DNA of 64,000 bases from Vicugna vicugna (taxonomy: Eukaryota), in assembly GCA_013265495.1 (NCBI GenBank), contig MU058433.1:1-64000 (forward strand), in the 5' to 3' direction. The notes under the pieces are model-generated. The model ran no database searches, had not been told where the DNA came from, and worked only from the letters and a program-made list of their open reading frames with translations. Shown here piece after piece: positions 25,600 through 41,814 of the stretch. Position 1 is the first letter of the stretch. Each line of letters begins with the position of its first letter. Both the position numbers and the translations under genes were made by a program.

Positions 25600-27614
25600 A
25601 TTCTGAGCAGAGACTGGAGATAAGAAAAGTAAATGTGTATGGTAGCTATCTGGATGCGTTTTCACGGATGGAGACCTCTGATACGAGAGGAATATGTTGT
25701 ATGGGAGGAAGGATAAGAAAAGGTCAGATGAGCTGGAGGTATCAACAATCACACTGAATGTATCATATCCTTAAGGCTCCTTGAGCAATTCTGAATAGCC
25801 CAGAAAGATGATAATACTTTCACTTTTGGAAAAAGTTTTCAGTTAACAATAACCATGCCTTGGTAAACCTCATTAGCTACGATAATATTTTTCCTCTTGA
25901 CTCAGAAGCGTCCATGGCGTACTAAAAATCAAGTCACTTCCTGTGCTTGAAAGCAGTCTGGGTGTCATGGTGGGAGTGTTCTTCTGTGAGTCCAAGTAGA
26001 AAATGAAAAGAACATTTGAAATTCCTCTGAATCCAAGTCTTTGGGCAGTGATGACGCGCAGGAGGTCTGAAGTAAGAGTACCTGGGTTTGAATCCTGGTT
26101 TCTCTGCTTACTAGTTTTGTGGCCTTCGAGCACGTTGCTAAATCTCTTTAAGCCTCAGCTTGGCCAACAGTTAAATGGAGGATAATGTTAATATGTAACT
26201 CTTACTGTTGTGGTGAGGAATAAATAAATCAGTGAATGTAGAAAAGTTAAGACAGTACATAACAGGTAAAATGCTCAATAAATAGATGTGGGAATGTCAT
26301 GTAACCTCTCTAAATATTATTAGCCAAGTTGTTATATGTTTAGGACTGTTTCAAATTATATCACTTTACAGGGTTATTGTGATAACTATATTATATAACA
26401 ACTTAAAAATATTTAGATAGTGTTTGGGATATGAATAGCACTTATTAAAACTGTATTTTCTCCACTTTTCCTCTGGTCCTCCACTTTGAGGTTCTTTTCC
26501 TTTCAGCCATAAAATTATCCCTTGTTGAGGACTTAGGGAGACTGCTCAGAATCCAAGTGTCGTCTTTAACATCCCTTCATTGACTTGTAACTTCAGTTTT
26601 AAAATACACAAATAGGTCAGCAGATATTCGTCCCAAAGGTTCAAAAAGATTGCTACTGGTATCTGCATTTTAAATTAAGAGCCTGTGATTTGAAGATGGT
26701 AATAGTCCTAAGGTTATGCATTTATATGAACAATGTCTTACACATTACCTAATATTTTATAATAGAAAAAAAAGTGAGACCTGGGCCCATATAACCTTGG
26801 CCTTAAAACTTGGCTTTCTTATCTACTTGAGCTGCATCAACTAGGGCATTCCACTTAACCATCCTCAGCCTTAGTAAAAATGTTTATCACGGTGCATGAC
26901 ATAAAATCAAGCATTCAATAAAGCTGGTGGTTATTGATGGCATTTGGCTAATAAACCCTAAGTATATAAAAGTGTGCTCTGTTTTATTTTATTTGCATGA
27001 CCTAAAACAATCTATATAGTGTTTGTCTATTTGCTTCTTGCATGATTCATTGCCATTCTAAAACTTCATCACAGCAGGCATCTTTTCTGTGCCTTACATA
27101 TAATTGCTAAGTATTACAAAAATATTATGGAACAAATGCATGGGTCATACTGGTATATATCATGTCCTTTGCTGAATTAATGAATAAATGAATGATGTCT
27201 TCATTGTGCTATTGTGATAAGTAACAACAATGGACAGTGTATGTAGAGTACCTAGCACAGTGTCTGGCACAGAGTAGATATTCGTTCATTTGATTTTTGT
27301 TTGTATTACACTGGAATAAAGTAAAGTTAGTGTTAGAGGAAGGGCCAGGATTCAGGACTCTGGACTCCCACAGTGATATTTAAAATGCACCCACCTATGG
27401 ATTAGATTTACAGGATCATAGAGCTATAAGGAGCTTGAGATACTAGTAAGGAAATTTAGGTTCACTGGCGGCCAAATGATGTGTCCAATATTAGGACCCA
27501 AGTCTCATGGTTTTGTGCTCCCCAATTCTACCCACAAATTTCTCAACCAACCACTCTAGCTCTATACTGTCTTCATTTTCTATCTCCAGTTGATGGATCA
27601 GACCAAATCCTTCC

Positions 27615-28031
27615 CTGTGTTGTATATCTCAGTAGATTGTGGATAGCCACGTATTAATCAAAGACCATGAAAGGAGGAACCAAGGACTCTAGAGCATAGA
27701 TAAAATGGACATAAGGTTTCTGAGCCAAGCACCCACCAAAGGGAATCCCAGCAGCCTGGAGCCACAAAATGGCCAGTGTCTTGGGCACAGTGATGAAGGT
27801 GAGACCCAGGAGGGGTGAGTGAGAGAAGACAAAGGAATAGATACATGGACATATAAAGAGTACTGCCCATCACGATGACTAGGGTCAGAGCAGCACTCCC
27901 AGCCAGTCTCACCAGATGCATGGCACAAAAGGGGGCAGTAATGCACGTGTGGGCAGCCTCCAGCCCTGGGATCCCCTCAGGATGAAAGTTTCAGGGAGGC
28001 TGTCAACAGTGACGTTGGAGGCTGTCAGCAT
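27615..28031 (-). pseudogene. OR52D-like 5'-half pseudogene in inverted orientation
   Basis: Minus strand ATG at 28031: MLTASNVTVDSLPETFIL..GIPGLEAAH..MYLFLCLLSLT..CPFYLCSR (the OR52D1 CVHSIYALES region in a shifted frame)..MVFD*YVAIHNLLRYTT. Several frameshifts and a stop; ends after TM3. Confidence 0.85.
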
Positions 28032-31000
28032 CCTAATTTGATGTCAGCAGGCACTGCAGCTACTACTTCAGGGGGAAGAATAACTAGCACAAAACCCCAT
28101 TATTAGAGGACCTATTCTTTCTACATGGCTGAAGAGGCCTCACAGGCACCTCTCAGACATTATCCAGTAAAGAATACTTCTGCTCCCTTCACCTCTCTTC
28201 ACCATATCGTGTGTCAGAGAGTCTAGCTTCCCTCCCAACATCTTCTTTTGGGGATGATGTTTGCTATTTCTTTTCTCTTTCTCCTTTCTCTCTATTATCA
28301 CTTAAGACAGAGCCTAGGGCATAAAATCATCATCCCACAAGACCAAAAATCAGCAGCCCAGTGGGAGAGGAACTGGATGCTTTTGACTTTACTCCAGTCC
28401 AAGAAATTGAGTTAACTGTACAAGGTATATCCTGTCCAATGTCAGTGATCTTGGTGACTCATCCCTGTCCACTTCCCTTGTCCAGCACTGCATAACCCTT
28501 AGGCACTTTTTTAATATAAAGACTCAAGTCAGAATATATCTGACTAGACGTTATTCTCCACACAGGGCAGACAGAGGTAGACTTCAGGGAGACGGACACA
28601 TCTCAGTGCTTTAGTGACTATACTTTTATTCATGGACTATATTCTTTCATATATTTTTAAATGAGTTCAACAGATATCTTTTTCTTGTTCCTCTGCTCCC
28701 TGGTATAGCTGACAAACTCAAGACTTCTGCATCATCCCTTTGATATATCTGTCCATCTTTGCTCAACCCTAGGTCTTGTTCCCATTGCCCCTTCTGAAGA
28801 AATTATTCCACAAACCACCAACTCTGATCCATTGGTTCCACCCTCCGTAAGATTCCACACTCTGGGCAGACCTTAAAGCCTTCCCATCACCCTTATCTGA
28901 ATTCAAACCTTCGTACTCTGACCACATTCTGTTTCCTTAATGGCCATTTTGAATCCTGCACTCTCATCATCTGATCCTCTGTGTGGCGCACAGAATGAGG
29001 GTGCTGGTATCATGAAAACCAGCTTAGAAATTCTACCACACGTGTGTGGGAAGTCACTTAACCCCTCTGAGCCTGTTTCTTTAGCTGTAAAATGAAAATA
29101 ACACCCCATATCTTTCAGGAATTTCTAAGGAATAGCTGTACTCTCTCAACAGAGAAAGGCTCCCATTGCTTCCAGAATGGTTGCTAGCTTTGTTATTATT
29201 CCCCGGCTGCCTGGGTTTCTCTCAGGTTCTCCACCATGGAAGAAATTTCAAGGAGTCACTTTCTGAATTTCTCATTTTTTTTTTACTCCCAGTGAAAGCT
29301 AACACTGACATTTAAGATCTTAAATGTATTATATTAAGCAAAACAGTCAAGAATTTTAGTTACATTACCTATAAGAAGAACTGAAGTCATTTTATCACAA
29401 TTTATAATTTTCATTTTTCTTTATATTTCTGTATGTGAATAAATGTCTGTGTGCTGACTAGATGCCTGCGATTGAAACTGTGTATGATTTTGTGATATAC
29501 ATCTACAACCGGCAGGCATCCGATTAATAGTTGCTATTGAGTAGAAATAATTCATCTCTGTGCTTCTCTCATTACGTAAGACTGAAAATTCAGGCATAAG
29601 GCTATCACATTCTCTTTTCTACAGTACTATTGCTGTAGGACTGTGTGATATCCTCCATGTGAACTAGCCCAACTTTAGTTTACAATTCTACCATATGTCT
29701 CATTAACCACATTTTTCATTGTATATTATTCTGCAAATTGATGCATGTATAAGAGAGCATTGTGGGATTCAGTCCATCCATTCTGCCCAGCATCCCTCCT
29801 CCTTCCCTAAACTTTTAATCTCACTCCAACACTGGTATTACAGAAAAAACAGTTTAGCAGAGATCTCCCACAGACAACCCTCTTTTCCAATTTTGCATTT
29901 TCTGAGAGCATCTCACCTCCCTTTGTCCTGCCTAAAGAGATAATATGAGATGCAGGGACCACACGGTTGCAGACACTTTGGCACAGGGATTGAGCTGTGC
30001 CCTATGCACTGGGCTGATGCCCTAGGGATCTAGCACAGGACTGTTCTTCTCCATAGTTCCCTCTTGCTGACCAAAGTTCAGCTTTCGTAACCACAGGTAA
30101 CAGACAGACAGAGGATTCTGCAGCTTACTCCTACTCCACTCCTGAGAGCTCCTTCGTTTTTTTTCTTTTTTCTTTTTTTTTTTTTTGACTCTTTTGTAAT
30201 CCTAAAGCTAGAATACAATAGTTCCAAGAGGGGGAAAGCAATTTGTAGAAGCCAGTAACTGCTATCAGATTGGAGGTAGCAGGGTCCAGCCCCCAGGAAG
30301 ATTACTAACATTATTGTCAAGGTGTGTTACTCCACTGAGGTATCTGATCACTGGAGCCAGCATGATGGAGGAGGGTGAAGCTTTCTTCTAGGATCCCAGA
30401 ATACTGCCCTGCCCATCGCCCCAACTCTATCCCCAGGAATCTCCCTCATCACAGAGACCAAGCATGCATCACTGATCTTAGAAATACAGACCAATATTCT
30501 GGTGGCTACAGGCAAATGAAGAGTAAACTGTGTACCAGGCTCACTGCTGGGAAGTGGAGTCCAAAAGATGTTTTATACACAGCCCTTGACCTCCACAACC
30601 TCAGGTCTCTTGGCTCATGGGCATCACAACACAGTTAAGTCAGAGTGTCTATCTGAGAGACATCAGTCCTCTCCAGCCCCCAGGAAGCATGAGATTCAGC
30701 TATTTCTCAGCCCAACCTCAATTGACCCGAGTCTGGCTCTGAATTTTAATCCCTGGTTTCCCCTAAAGCAACTCCATCAACATGCTCTCTCCTTTCTCAT
30801 CACTTTTTATCCTACTCCATAGTTACAGGTAGCCACTGGTCCTCTGAAGAATGTTCCATCCACCTACACCATGTGTCTCCTCACTGATATTAGAAGTTTA
30901 CAGAAGAGAATGGATAGATTAAGAATGGATTAATGACTTTTACTAAGACAAAGAAACCACGGAATTTAGGAAAGAAATGGGGGGCCAGTGGAAAGATGCT

Positions 31001-32142
31001 AAGCTATACTTGGCTATGCTGAGCCAGAGCTTCCTTTGGGACACCCAGACAGGTTAGCAGTACACATAGACTCAGAGATTTGGGAACTGCGAACATAAGA
31101 CTAAAAACCAGAGCCAAGGAAATGGTCAAACTCTTTGAAGGATGACTAGAGAAAGAATTGGTGTAACATACTCTCAGGAAGCATCACTTTATAAGAGAAT
31201 GGATAAGAAAATATATAAAACTAAGCAGCTTAAAGAAGGATCAGTGTATCAGGTACGGTAGAAACATTTAGGAAGATTAGGAATGGGCAACAGTTTTGAG
31301 AAAGATTCTGCTCTGTCCTGTGGACAAGTCCCTGACTGCAGAGGATGGTGAAATGTGACCAATGGAAGGGGAGGCACTTTCAAGAAATTCAGAGATGAAA
31401 AGAAAGATCAAGTTCTGTAGCTGAATAGGCAGCAGAGTCGAACATTTTGTAGATAAAGGAAAGAAACCTGCAGAGGAGGAGAGGATGGAGCTTCCAAATT
31501 AGTGGAGGTGGACCTTGTGTAAGGGCAGGATCCTGGCACAAGCAGATATTGGAAGAGCCGTAACTGAGAGGGAAGTTAAACACATTTCCTACAACATCAA
31601 GAGGCTGGATCTAAAGACCGAGAAACATGGTCAAAGGCTGAGTGGCTTTCAGAGGCCGTGAAGAAATTCATGACTTCCTGGGGGATCAAAAGCCAAGATT
31701 CTTTCCGAGTCACTGCAGAGTTGTGATAGGGTGGCGATAGCAGTGTTGGTGGGGGAACTGGGTTGCTAACTGAGCAGGAGTAGAGATAAGGAAAAGAAAG
31801 CTCAGTATTTCCCTACCTCATGTTCAAATTTAGAAAATACTCTGAGATCAGGGGTATGAGAATAGGTGAAGCCCAGACTCAAGATCGCATAACATGATCA
31901 ACCCCTTGCCCAAACAACATTCTCTTTGCCCACCCAGCCCCCAAATCGACACCACATTTGAGATCCAAGCAATCTTTTTTTTTTTTTTTAATGTAGAACA
32001 GGCTTGGGCAGTGAGGGGAGGCTCTAGCAGTGTGCACAATATGAGCAGGAGGAATTCCCAGAATAAGCTACTTCTCCCCCTCCCCTTCCCTTTCCTCTCT
32101 CCTCTCTGCGGGTGGTGCATTGTGGGCACCAGCTGGAGGGAC

Positions 32143-33705
32143 CTAGGCCTCTGGTACCCCCAGCAGCCTCTCAATGGCAGCATGGATGTCTCCACCTGTG
32201 GCCACCAGGGCCTGAAGATTGGCATCACGATTAGCAAAGCCCATGGCCTTCAGATGCTCCAGTCCTTGCTGGTAGCAGCTGTCAGCGAGGGGGCACGAGG
32301 ACAGGGAGGACTGGGTAGACTGGGAGCAAGCATTGGCCAGTGCATGAAGGAGCTGAAGAACGGCCAGTGTGGGTTGCACAGGGTCTGCTCTGTGACCTTG
32401 TCCTCCACCCCTAGTTTCAGGAGCTCCTCTAGCCCCATGTGGTCTACCTGGACCCCATAAACAAGGTCCCAACCCAGGCACCTCCCTGGACAGTATCTGC
32501 AGGCCCTTTTCTATCTGGATCAATGCCTGCAGTGCCTGTGGGTTGGTGAGTATGGGAAGCAGTGGCATATGGTGTCGCAGGGGGCTGTCGGTCACCAGCT
32601 GGCGCAGCAGAGCTGGATTCTGCTGCAGGACATGCAGAGCTCTGCGCAAGGCAGAGGGTGAAGGTCTCAGCTGACTGGCTGGTGTGGCTTTCCCTATGGG
32701 CTGTTGGCTCTCCTGGGAGGAAAGATCCTGGCCCGAATTTAAGTCCGACATCCCAGTCCTGCAGCCTGAATTGGCCTGGTTTGAGACCATGCCCCTGACT
32801 TGAGCAACGACTCCTACTCTGACCTCCTGTGCCGGTGGCCTGGCAGGTGCAGCGGCTGTGGGGACGGTGGTGGCGTTTGTGTTAGTACTGCTGTGAGGAT
32901 TGGCGCCCCCTCTGCTGGGCTCTGAACTTGGGCCATGGCCTTTGGAAGCAGCCAGTGAGGCCAGAGTGGAGAGCATGAGGTGCTGGATATCAGAGCAGAC
33001 TGGATGTGTGGCATTGTCACCACCTGGCACTGCCTTCAAGGCCTCCAGTCCCCACTTGTCTGCCTGCAGGAGTTCCGGTGGCTGGGCCGGGTTCTGCAAG
33101 TTTTCCAGAGCCTTAAGAGCCGGCTCAGGTTTGTGTACTGGCTTTGAGGAGTCAGGAATGTGGCTGGCATTGGCTAGCTTCTCACTTACCAGGCCTTGAA
33201 CCATAGGGTCTTCCGAGAGCTGCACCACGGCCTCGGGCGCAATCAACAGGAGTTGCGCTAGCTGGCCAAGGAGGTCCGCCAGATCAGGAGAGCCCTGGGC
33301 CAGCCGGCCCAGCCTGGCTAGCATCCCAGCACTCTCCGAGGTGGATGGTTCTGAATGATGGGCACAGTGTCCAGTGGGACCTGGCAGAGCGCCGGGACCG
33401 GGCTGAGTTCCTTTCACACGAGACCTCACTACCAAGTGGACCGTAGTGCCATCAAGGATGCCTTGCTGGCTCAGTATGTCTTGATCCCGGAGGATTTTTC
33501 CTGTGAAGATGAGCACCAGTCTGTCAGAGTCACAGTGAAGGCGTTTGGAGATCTGCTTCTTAAAGTGGTGGATGCTGCTGTTCTCCTCCAGCATAAATTC
33601 TTGGCAGTCCTGTGGGGTCTTGACAGACACTCTGATAATGCGTGATGGTGGCTCCTGACCAGACACCAGCTGACCTTCCCCTGCTTCTTCTCTAGCCTGT
33701 GCCAT
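32143..33705 (-). CDS. UBQLN5: Ubiquilin-5-like intronless ubiquilin, 520 aa (UBL, degenerate STI1, UBA)
   Basis: UBL ([41 protein letters not shown]) and UBA ([31 protein letters not shown]). It lies next to UBQLN3, as rodent Ubqln5 does. The symbol is inferred from synteny. Confidence 0.8.
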   Translation of the reverse strand: MAQAREEAGEGQLVSGQEPPSRIIRVSVKTPQDCQEFMLEENSSIHHFKKQISKRLHCDSDRLVLIFTGKILRDQDILSQQGILDGTTVHLVVRSRVKGTQPGPGALPGPTGHCAHHSEPSTSESAGMLARLGRLAQGSPDLADLLGQLAQLLLIAPEAVVQLSEDPMVQGLVSEKLANASHIPDSSKPVHKPEPALKALENLQNPAQPPELLQADKWGLEALKAVPGGDNATHPVCSDIQHLMLSTLASLAASKGHGPSSEPSRGGANPHSSTNTNATTVPTAAAPARPPAQEVRVGVVAQVRGMVSNQANSGCRTGMSDLNSGQDLSSQESQQPIGKATPASQLRPSPSALRRALHVLQQNPALLRQLVTDSPLRHHMPLLPILTNPQALQALIQIEKGLQILSREVPGLGPCLWGPGRPHGARGAPETRGGGQGHRADPVQPTLAVLQLLHALANACSQSTQSSLSSCPLADSCYQQGLEHLKAMGFANRDANLQALVATGGDIHAAIERLLGVPEA

Positions 33706-33903
33706 ATTTCCTCAAGAGCAGAATGCAGGAGTCTGAAGAAGTCTAGATGTAGTACCGAGTACACCTGGACGCAGGGACCAGTAGGTGTACAATGATGTCC
33801 TCTCACCCATGTCCTGTGGACACCGCCTTCCAGTGTAGCCCTCCCACCACCTGGCTCCCATGAGGTGGCAGCTGCCCTTCTCTAGAGCCAGCCTTAGGGG
33901 AGA

Positions 33904-33926
33904 TGATGTCAGCGATGAAGTCACAG
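33904..33926. promoter_or_regulatory. Tandem CRE-like pair upstream of the UBQLN5-like gene
   Basis: TGATGTCA gcga TGAAGTCA cag, ~200 bp upstream of the ATG. Confidence 0.55.
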
Positions 33927-34014
33927 TTGAGAAGTAGACCTGGTTAGGGGAAGGGCAGTGGTCTCTACCACCTGCCAGAGGTTGGCTTTCTTTAAGATTT
34001 GATTTTAGTAATGC

Positions 34015-34140
34015 CTCAGCTGGGAGCTTGTTACAAATGTAGACTCTCAGGCTGGAACCCAGATGTACAGAATCATTATTTTCATTTTAGCACACCCTCA
34101 GATGGTCTCTGTGCCCAGTACAGTTTGAGAAGTGATGCCC
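34015..34140. mobile_element. MER5A-like DNA transposon remnant
   Basis: gggagcttgttacaaatgtagactctcagg...cagtttgagaagtgatg. Confidence 0.65.
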
Positions 34141-34294
34141 TATATTACTAGTGAAGTTGGAACCATTCATCTACAGAACTGATACTTAAACAAAACCTAA
34201 GAAGAAAGCATATCTTGTATAATGTAGTTTATATTAGGGTTCAGGTTACAATATACTATTCTGATTCACAAAGGTATATGTATACATAGTTTCT

Positions 34295-34412
34295 ACAATT
34301 TTTGGGGGGGTAATTAGGCTTATTTATTTATTTAATAGAGGTACCAGGGATTGAACCCAGGACCTCATGCATGCTAAGCATGTGCTCTACCACTGAGCTG
34401 TACCTTCCCCCC
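34295..34412 (-). mobile_element. tRNA-derived SINE (Vic-1-like)
   Basis: gggattgaacccaggacctcatgcatgctaagcatgtgctctaccactgagctgtaccttcccc. Confidence 0.85.
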
Positions 34413-37400
34413 AACAAAGAGATATTATGGGACCTAGAGCAATTACAGTTGTTGATTTACAGTCAGAACAGCTGAGACATTTTAACTGGACTTCAAATGT
34501 TCAAACAAACTTCACTGTATATAGGAAAATAAATAGTTCGATTACCCTTAGCCAAGATTACTATTGGAACGTTAGCTTTCTGAAAGTGTTGGTATGTATA
34601 TATTTCAAGAGCATTAAATTTTGAAAGTGAAAAAAGTATTTTATTTAAATAACAAAAGAAAAAATTTAAATGTTCCTGTCTAAAACCATGTTTTGCATTA
34701 GCCCCTTGCATGGTTGAAAATCATACCACTTGAGTTTGATAAATGAATATAGTTCAGGAGAAAACGTATTAGTCCAAGAACTAGCTTAGGAAGTGCTAAT
34801 TCTAGTCAGCTATCTTCTACTAAATTACTGTATACCAACCATGCCTCGTTCAAGGTCTCAAGTTGTTGTTTCTATATGAATGGAATAAAGACATGTATAA
34901 TTAGCCCATCCAGCTTCACTGGGATCTTGAGGCCACTTGCATCTCTAACACTCACCAGGTGGGTGACCCATCCATACAGTTCTAAGAAAGCAGCAGCATG
35001 TCCTCCAAGAACTTGGGGGGAAAGGTGCTCTCTCAGCTTCCGCAGGATCAAAGATGAGACAAAAGAAATGAATGAGAAAGCAACAGGCTGACCTTAGGTC
35101 TTCACGACTTTAACAATTACTAGATATAAAGTATATTTGAGGAGGAGAATTGTCACCTGGGAGGGGACATATTCTGATGTAAAGCAGATTACTAGTGACT
35201 CCCTAAGGCACTGACTGCTCCAGGCAGGTTAGGCCTAAGAGTAAGGTCTGTCTAATCCCTGCAACAATTACATTTTTTATTGTGAAGATGGATACATGGG
35301 GTTGTTTAGGCTTTTGCCGTTATACACCTGACCCCTTTTTCTGATTCTACGATTTCAAAGGACTGTAAAATTAGAATCCAGTTGCCTAAAATGCCACCTC
35401 TAGAGGATTCTGGTAGATGTGGGCAGCATGAACATCTAGATCTTTCTACACTACTTTGTCGATTAGATATTAATATAATATTCCTGATTTCAGTTAGTTT
35501 GAATTGACCCTCTTCCATGTCCAATCAGTATCAAGACCTTGATAAGTTGTAATTTCTGAGTTCAAAAGACCTTTTCAGTCCCAGTAAATGTCCCAGAGTG
35601 AGCCTCACGGCTGGTTGCAGCCAGCAGCCTAGTGGGACTTTCCTAGTAATGCCCGGGCCTCAGGACAACTTCTGTTACACAGATATCAGTGCCAAAATCA
35701 GTTCCCATCGGGCGTTCCATTTGGGTTGCCCTCAGCAGAATCAGATATCCAAATGAATGTTTCTGAATTTTCCTTAGCTGGTGCATTAATGTGTAGCAGG
35801 CACTGAAGAACATTCCAGATAATGATTGTCCGTGATCACCTTCGAATATCTCATGGTTCCAGGTTTTTTTTTTCCCCTCATAGTCTTTGAGGTGACCCGC
35901 CCCTTCATCATCTCCCCTACAGGCTCTACAACTGGTGCCTAAACGTCTGCTGCCCGAGCTGATGGTCTTCCCAGACCATTCCTACACTTGCGTCTCAAGG
36001 CAGGAGTCCAGTCCACACAGTCCACCGAATTCTTCAATACAAGAACCACACTTTATCCCTCCTGAAGGGCTAGCATCATTTGAATATTTTATATTGTACA
36101 TATACTCCTTTTATAACTATAAAGTAAAGTAAAATAATTAACTATTTATTTAATTAAACTTTACTATTAAAAAAGAAAAAGGGGAGCTTGGCATCTCTAG
36201 GGTCCAATAGTCCTGGTTTAAATCTCACAGCCACCACTTCATAACTTTGACAAGCACTTATCCTTTTTAAGCCTGGTCTTTATCATTTATAATATGGTGG
36301 TTCTTCACAGATTTGTTTTGAAGAATTTGTTTATAAAGTGACACCCATGGTACCTGGCACAGAGCAGACACCTGTTAAACACTGAGGATTATGTTCACAC
36401 CACAGGCAAGGCCAATCTTTGACAAATTCTGTGGTCAGGTCCGTAACGGGATGGGGAGGTGCAAAGAACAGACATGTCTGTCAGGGCTGACTGAATCCCC
36501 AGGGACATATTCAGCAGCAGACAGCAAAGACAGCTCCAAGCACACTGGTGAAGAAAGCATCATATCCAGAAACTTACCGTCAGGCTAAGGGCTCCAACCA
36601 GACGCAGTAGAACACTGACTTTATGTGTTTGAACTGAAGTTCACTATATTTAAGATCTAATTTCTAGAAAATATATTGCATTTCCATCTTTTGCACAGAG
36701 ACTGGTTAAAGTTTGTCCATCTTAGCTGCACTTTCACTAGATGCATCAAACGGTGTGAAGCGATCGCTGTCATGTGCAGTTTCAGTGCTTTTTGCCAGAA
36801 TTTTCCTTCTGAAAAATCCAGTGACAGTTTTATTTGTTTGTTTGTTTGTTTATTTATTTGTTTGTTTATTTTTTAACATGGAACTGCCACCTGGGAGAAG
36901 ACGGCTCCTGGGTGGCTATGCTGCAAGGACTCCCAGACAATGAGAAATGCCTGATTCTGCCCAGTTGGTGAGCTGCAGTTTCCCTCCTGTATACTCTGAG
37001 TAGATTTGTGTTAAGGGTGGCTTGTAATAATGAGTCTGTTTAATTAAGCCTAAGAAGAGCCGCTGATGGGAGTAGCAAAGGCTACGTTTGGAATATCAGC
37101 ATCAGAATAAAATACAAGCTCGGTATCTAGCTACAAAGCCCCCCATGGCCACATTCCCGCCAGTCTCCTTAACTTCCTGATGTGGAGTTTCCCCTTTCTT
37201 ACAAAAGCTGGCCACACTGGCTCCCCTGCTGTATCTGGAACGGCCAGGCGCCTTCCCACACCTAAGGTCATCGCATTAGCTGTGGCCTAAGTCTTTAACG
37301 CTTGACCACTAGTCTTTACAAGAGTCACTCTTCTTAACCATTCAAACCATCTCTTCCCAGAGGTCTTCCCAACCATTCACTCTCTTATCGGTCTGTTTTC

Positions 37401-38856
37401 ATTATCTGCATAGAACTTATCTTTCTGTCATATTTCTTCTTCAGTCACTCATTTTATTTTTCTGTCTCCCTTCACTAGACTGTAAGCTCCATGAGAACAG
37501 GAACCTTATCTTACTTGCTACTAGAACCCCAGTGGCAGCAGGTTACTAAATAAAATAAGTGTAGGAAGGAGGAAAAGAAAGGTGGGAGGGAGGGAGGTGG
37601 AAACAAAGAGAAAAGACGATTCAATGAAACACCTGGACAATGATTCATTGTCATGGGCGGCTAGGATGTTTCGCTTACCTAAATGTCCAGCAATAGGATA
37701 GTCTGGGAGGAAGAAAAATTCCTTTACTCTTCTGGGTTCACTTTCTATGGGTAAGGATGAAAACATTAGTTAACTTGATTTGGTGTGCTGGTTAAGAGTC
37801 TAGACTCCAGAAGTTGACTGTCTAATTTTAAATCCTGCCTGCAATATACAAGAGCTGTATAACTTTAAGTGACATACTGCCTCTCTCCCTATGCCTCAGT
37901 GTTCCTCATCTGAAAGCAGGGATAATAATACTTACCCGCATTAAAGGACTGATGTGGATTCAGATGTAAAGGGCTTAGAACAGGGCCTGGCTAGAGGAAA
38001 GCCTCAATAACGTTAACTATAATTTAAAAGTAAATATAAGTAGTGAAACCCTAAAATATCCAGGAAAAAGTGCATGCAGGTATTTATGGCAGATATATTA
38101 GAGGAGTATCTTTCAAACCTTTTGGGAAGCATCCTTGAGTGCAAATGAGAAGTTTGTCTGAGATTCGGAGAGCAAGTCCCATGTGGCATGCACACCCTCC
38201 CTCTGTGCCTTTGTGCAGAAGGGCTCTTCTGCTGGAACTCTCTTCCCTCCCCTCTCAAATCTTTACCTACTTCATTTTTACCACTTTTTACTCAGGCTAG
38301 TGGTAGAGAGCCCCAAAGAACACAGAGTAGCTGGTGACAACTCCTACAGGACATGAAATCTGGAGGACCTTTGGAAGGACACCAGGAAAGCTGCAAACCT
38401 TGGCTCACTCTCCTCTGTTCTCCGTGCCTCTGAATCTTAACTTCAGATCTTTCAGTTTTCCCTCCAAGCCCTTGTATCCACACAGGCAGCTCTTACCACC
38501 GCCTCTTCTCCTGTGTCCTCCCTTTTTCTCATAACCCACAAAGAATCACAGTCAGGCAGCAAATGACACTGGAGATTGGATGTAATTGCATCTCAGGATA
38601 GGCATGAGCAGAGCTCAGATGGGGGCCCCATGATGATACAGTGGCAGGGGCGGTTGGGTCTCTCATGGCACCCCCACCCTGTTCTGGCTCTCATTCCTCC
38701 TCACTGACTCTGGAACAACATTGTCTCCACAGCAAAGAGCATCATAGTAAATTTTGTTCATAGTGCAGCTGCATTCAAGAATCGGGGAGGTAAGGGAGCG
38801 GGACACGGGGGGAGAGGTGCACAGAGGAGAAGATATGGTCCGAACGACCAGGGCTC

Positions 38857-41141
<2,285 letters not shown>

Positions 41142-41257
41142 CAGTCAGCTGTGGCCCCGTCCTTCCTCTTATACAGGGCTCCAAACCGCCCTCATCTTGC
41201 TGAACAGCCACCCCTGAAGCCTTCTAAGCCAGAACCCACTCCTTCAGGTCACCCCTG

Positions 41258-41280
41258 TGACCTCAGCATTGACATCACAG
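41258..41280. promoter_or_regulatory. Tandem CRE-like pair upstream of UBQLN3
   Basis: TGACCTCA gcat TGACATCA cag. Confidence 0.55.
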
Positions 41281-41814
41281 CCTCACACAATGGATTCCTG
41301 AGACTTCTCCAAGGTGCTCGGGATCCCTGCCGACTTCATCTCCCCCAACCCTGCAACTCTTCTCCTTCCTTTATCTCAATTGCCTTCTTCATAGTGAGGA
41401 GTCTGGGCTGACTCTTCCTTCTCAAGCCAAGAGTTCTGCTTTCACACAACCTGGTATGTGGTATGTGGAGACTCACATTGGGACTGGACAACTAGGAAAG
41501 GGTCCTTCATCCCTTGCGTCCCCATCAAGACCCAAACTCAGCTGCTCTTCGGTTGAGCTTCTTCTTCCTGGCATCTTATGCCTCTGTCTTCTCTCTGATT
41601 CAACATCAGCCATGAATTCTTTATATCTATTTCAACGTATTGATTTTCTGATGGGTGGGATCCAGGATATGAGAGAGAGGTTAAGGATAGAATAAACTTT
41701 TTCTTTAACTTTTTATTTTCGTTGTTGTTATTCCCCAGAAAATGCCAAAGAATTAATTGGCTATTTATTGAGGTAAAAATCACCGGGGAATAATGTTGTT
41801 AAACATAAAATTAA

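Noticed and set aside
31894..32460. 188-aa antisense ORF over UBQLN5, and similar shadow ORFs over the OR and UBQLN genes
   Set aside because: No recognisable domain; expected by-product of GC-rich coding sequence.
41168..41173. TATAAG as the UBQLN3 TATA box
   Set aside because: It is only ~30 bp from the predicted donor, which would leave an implausibly short first exon.
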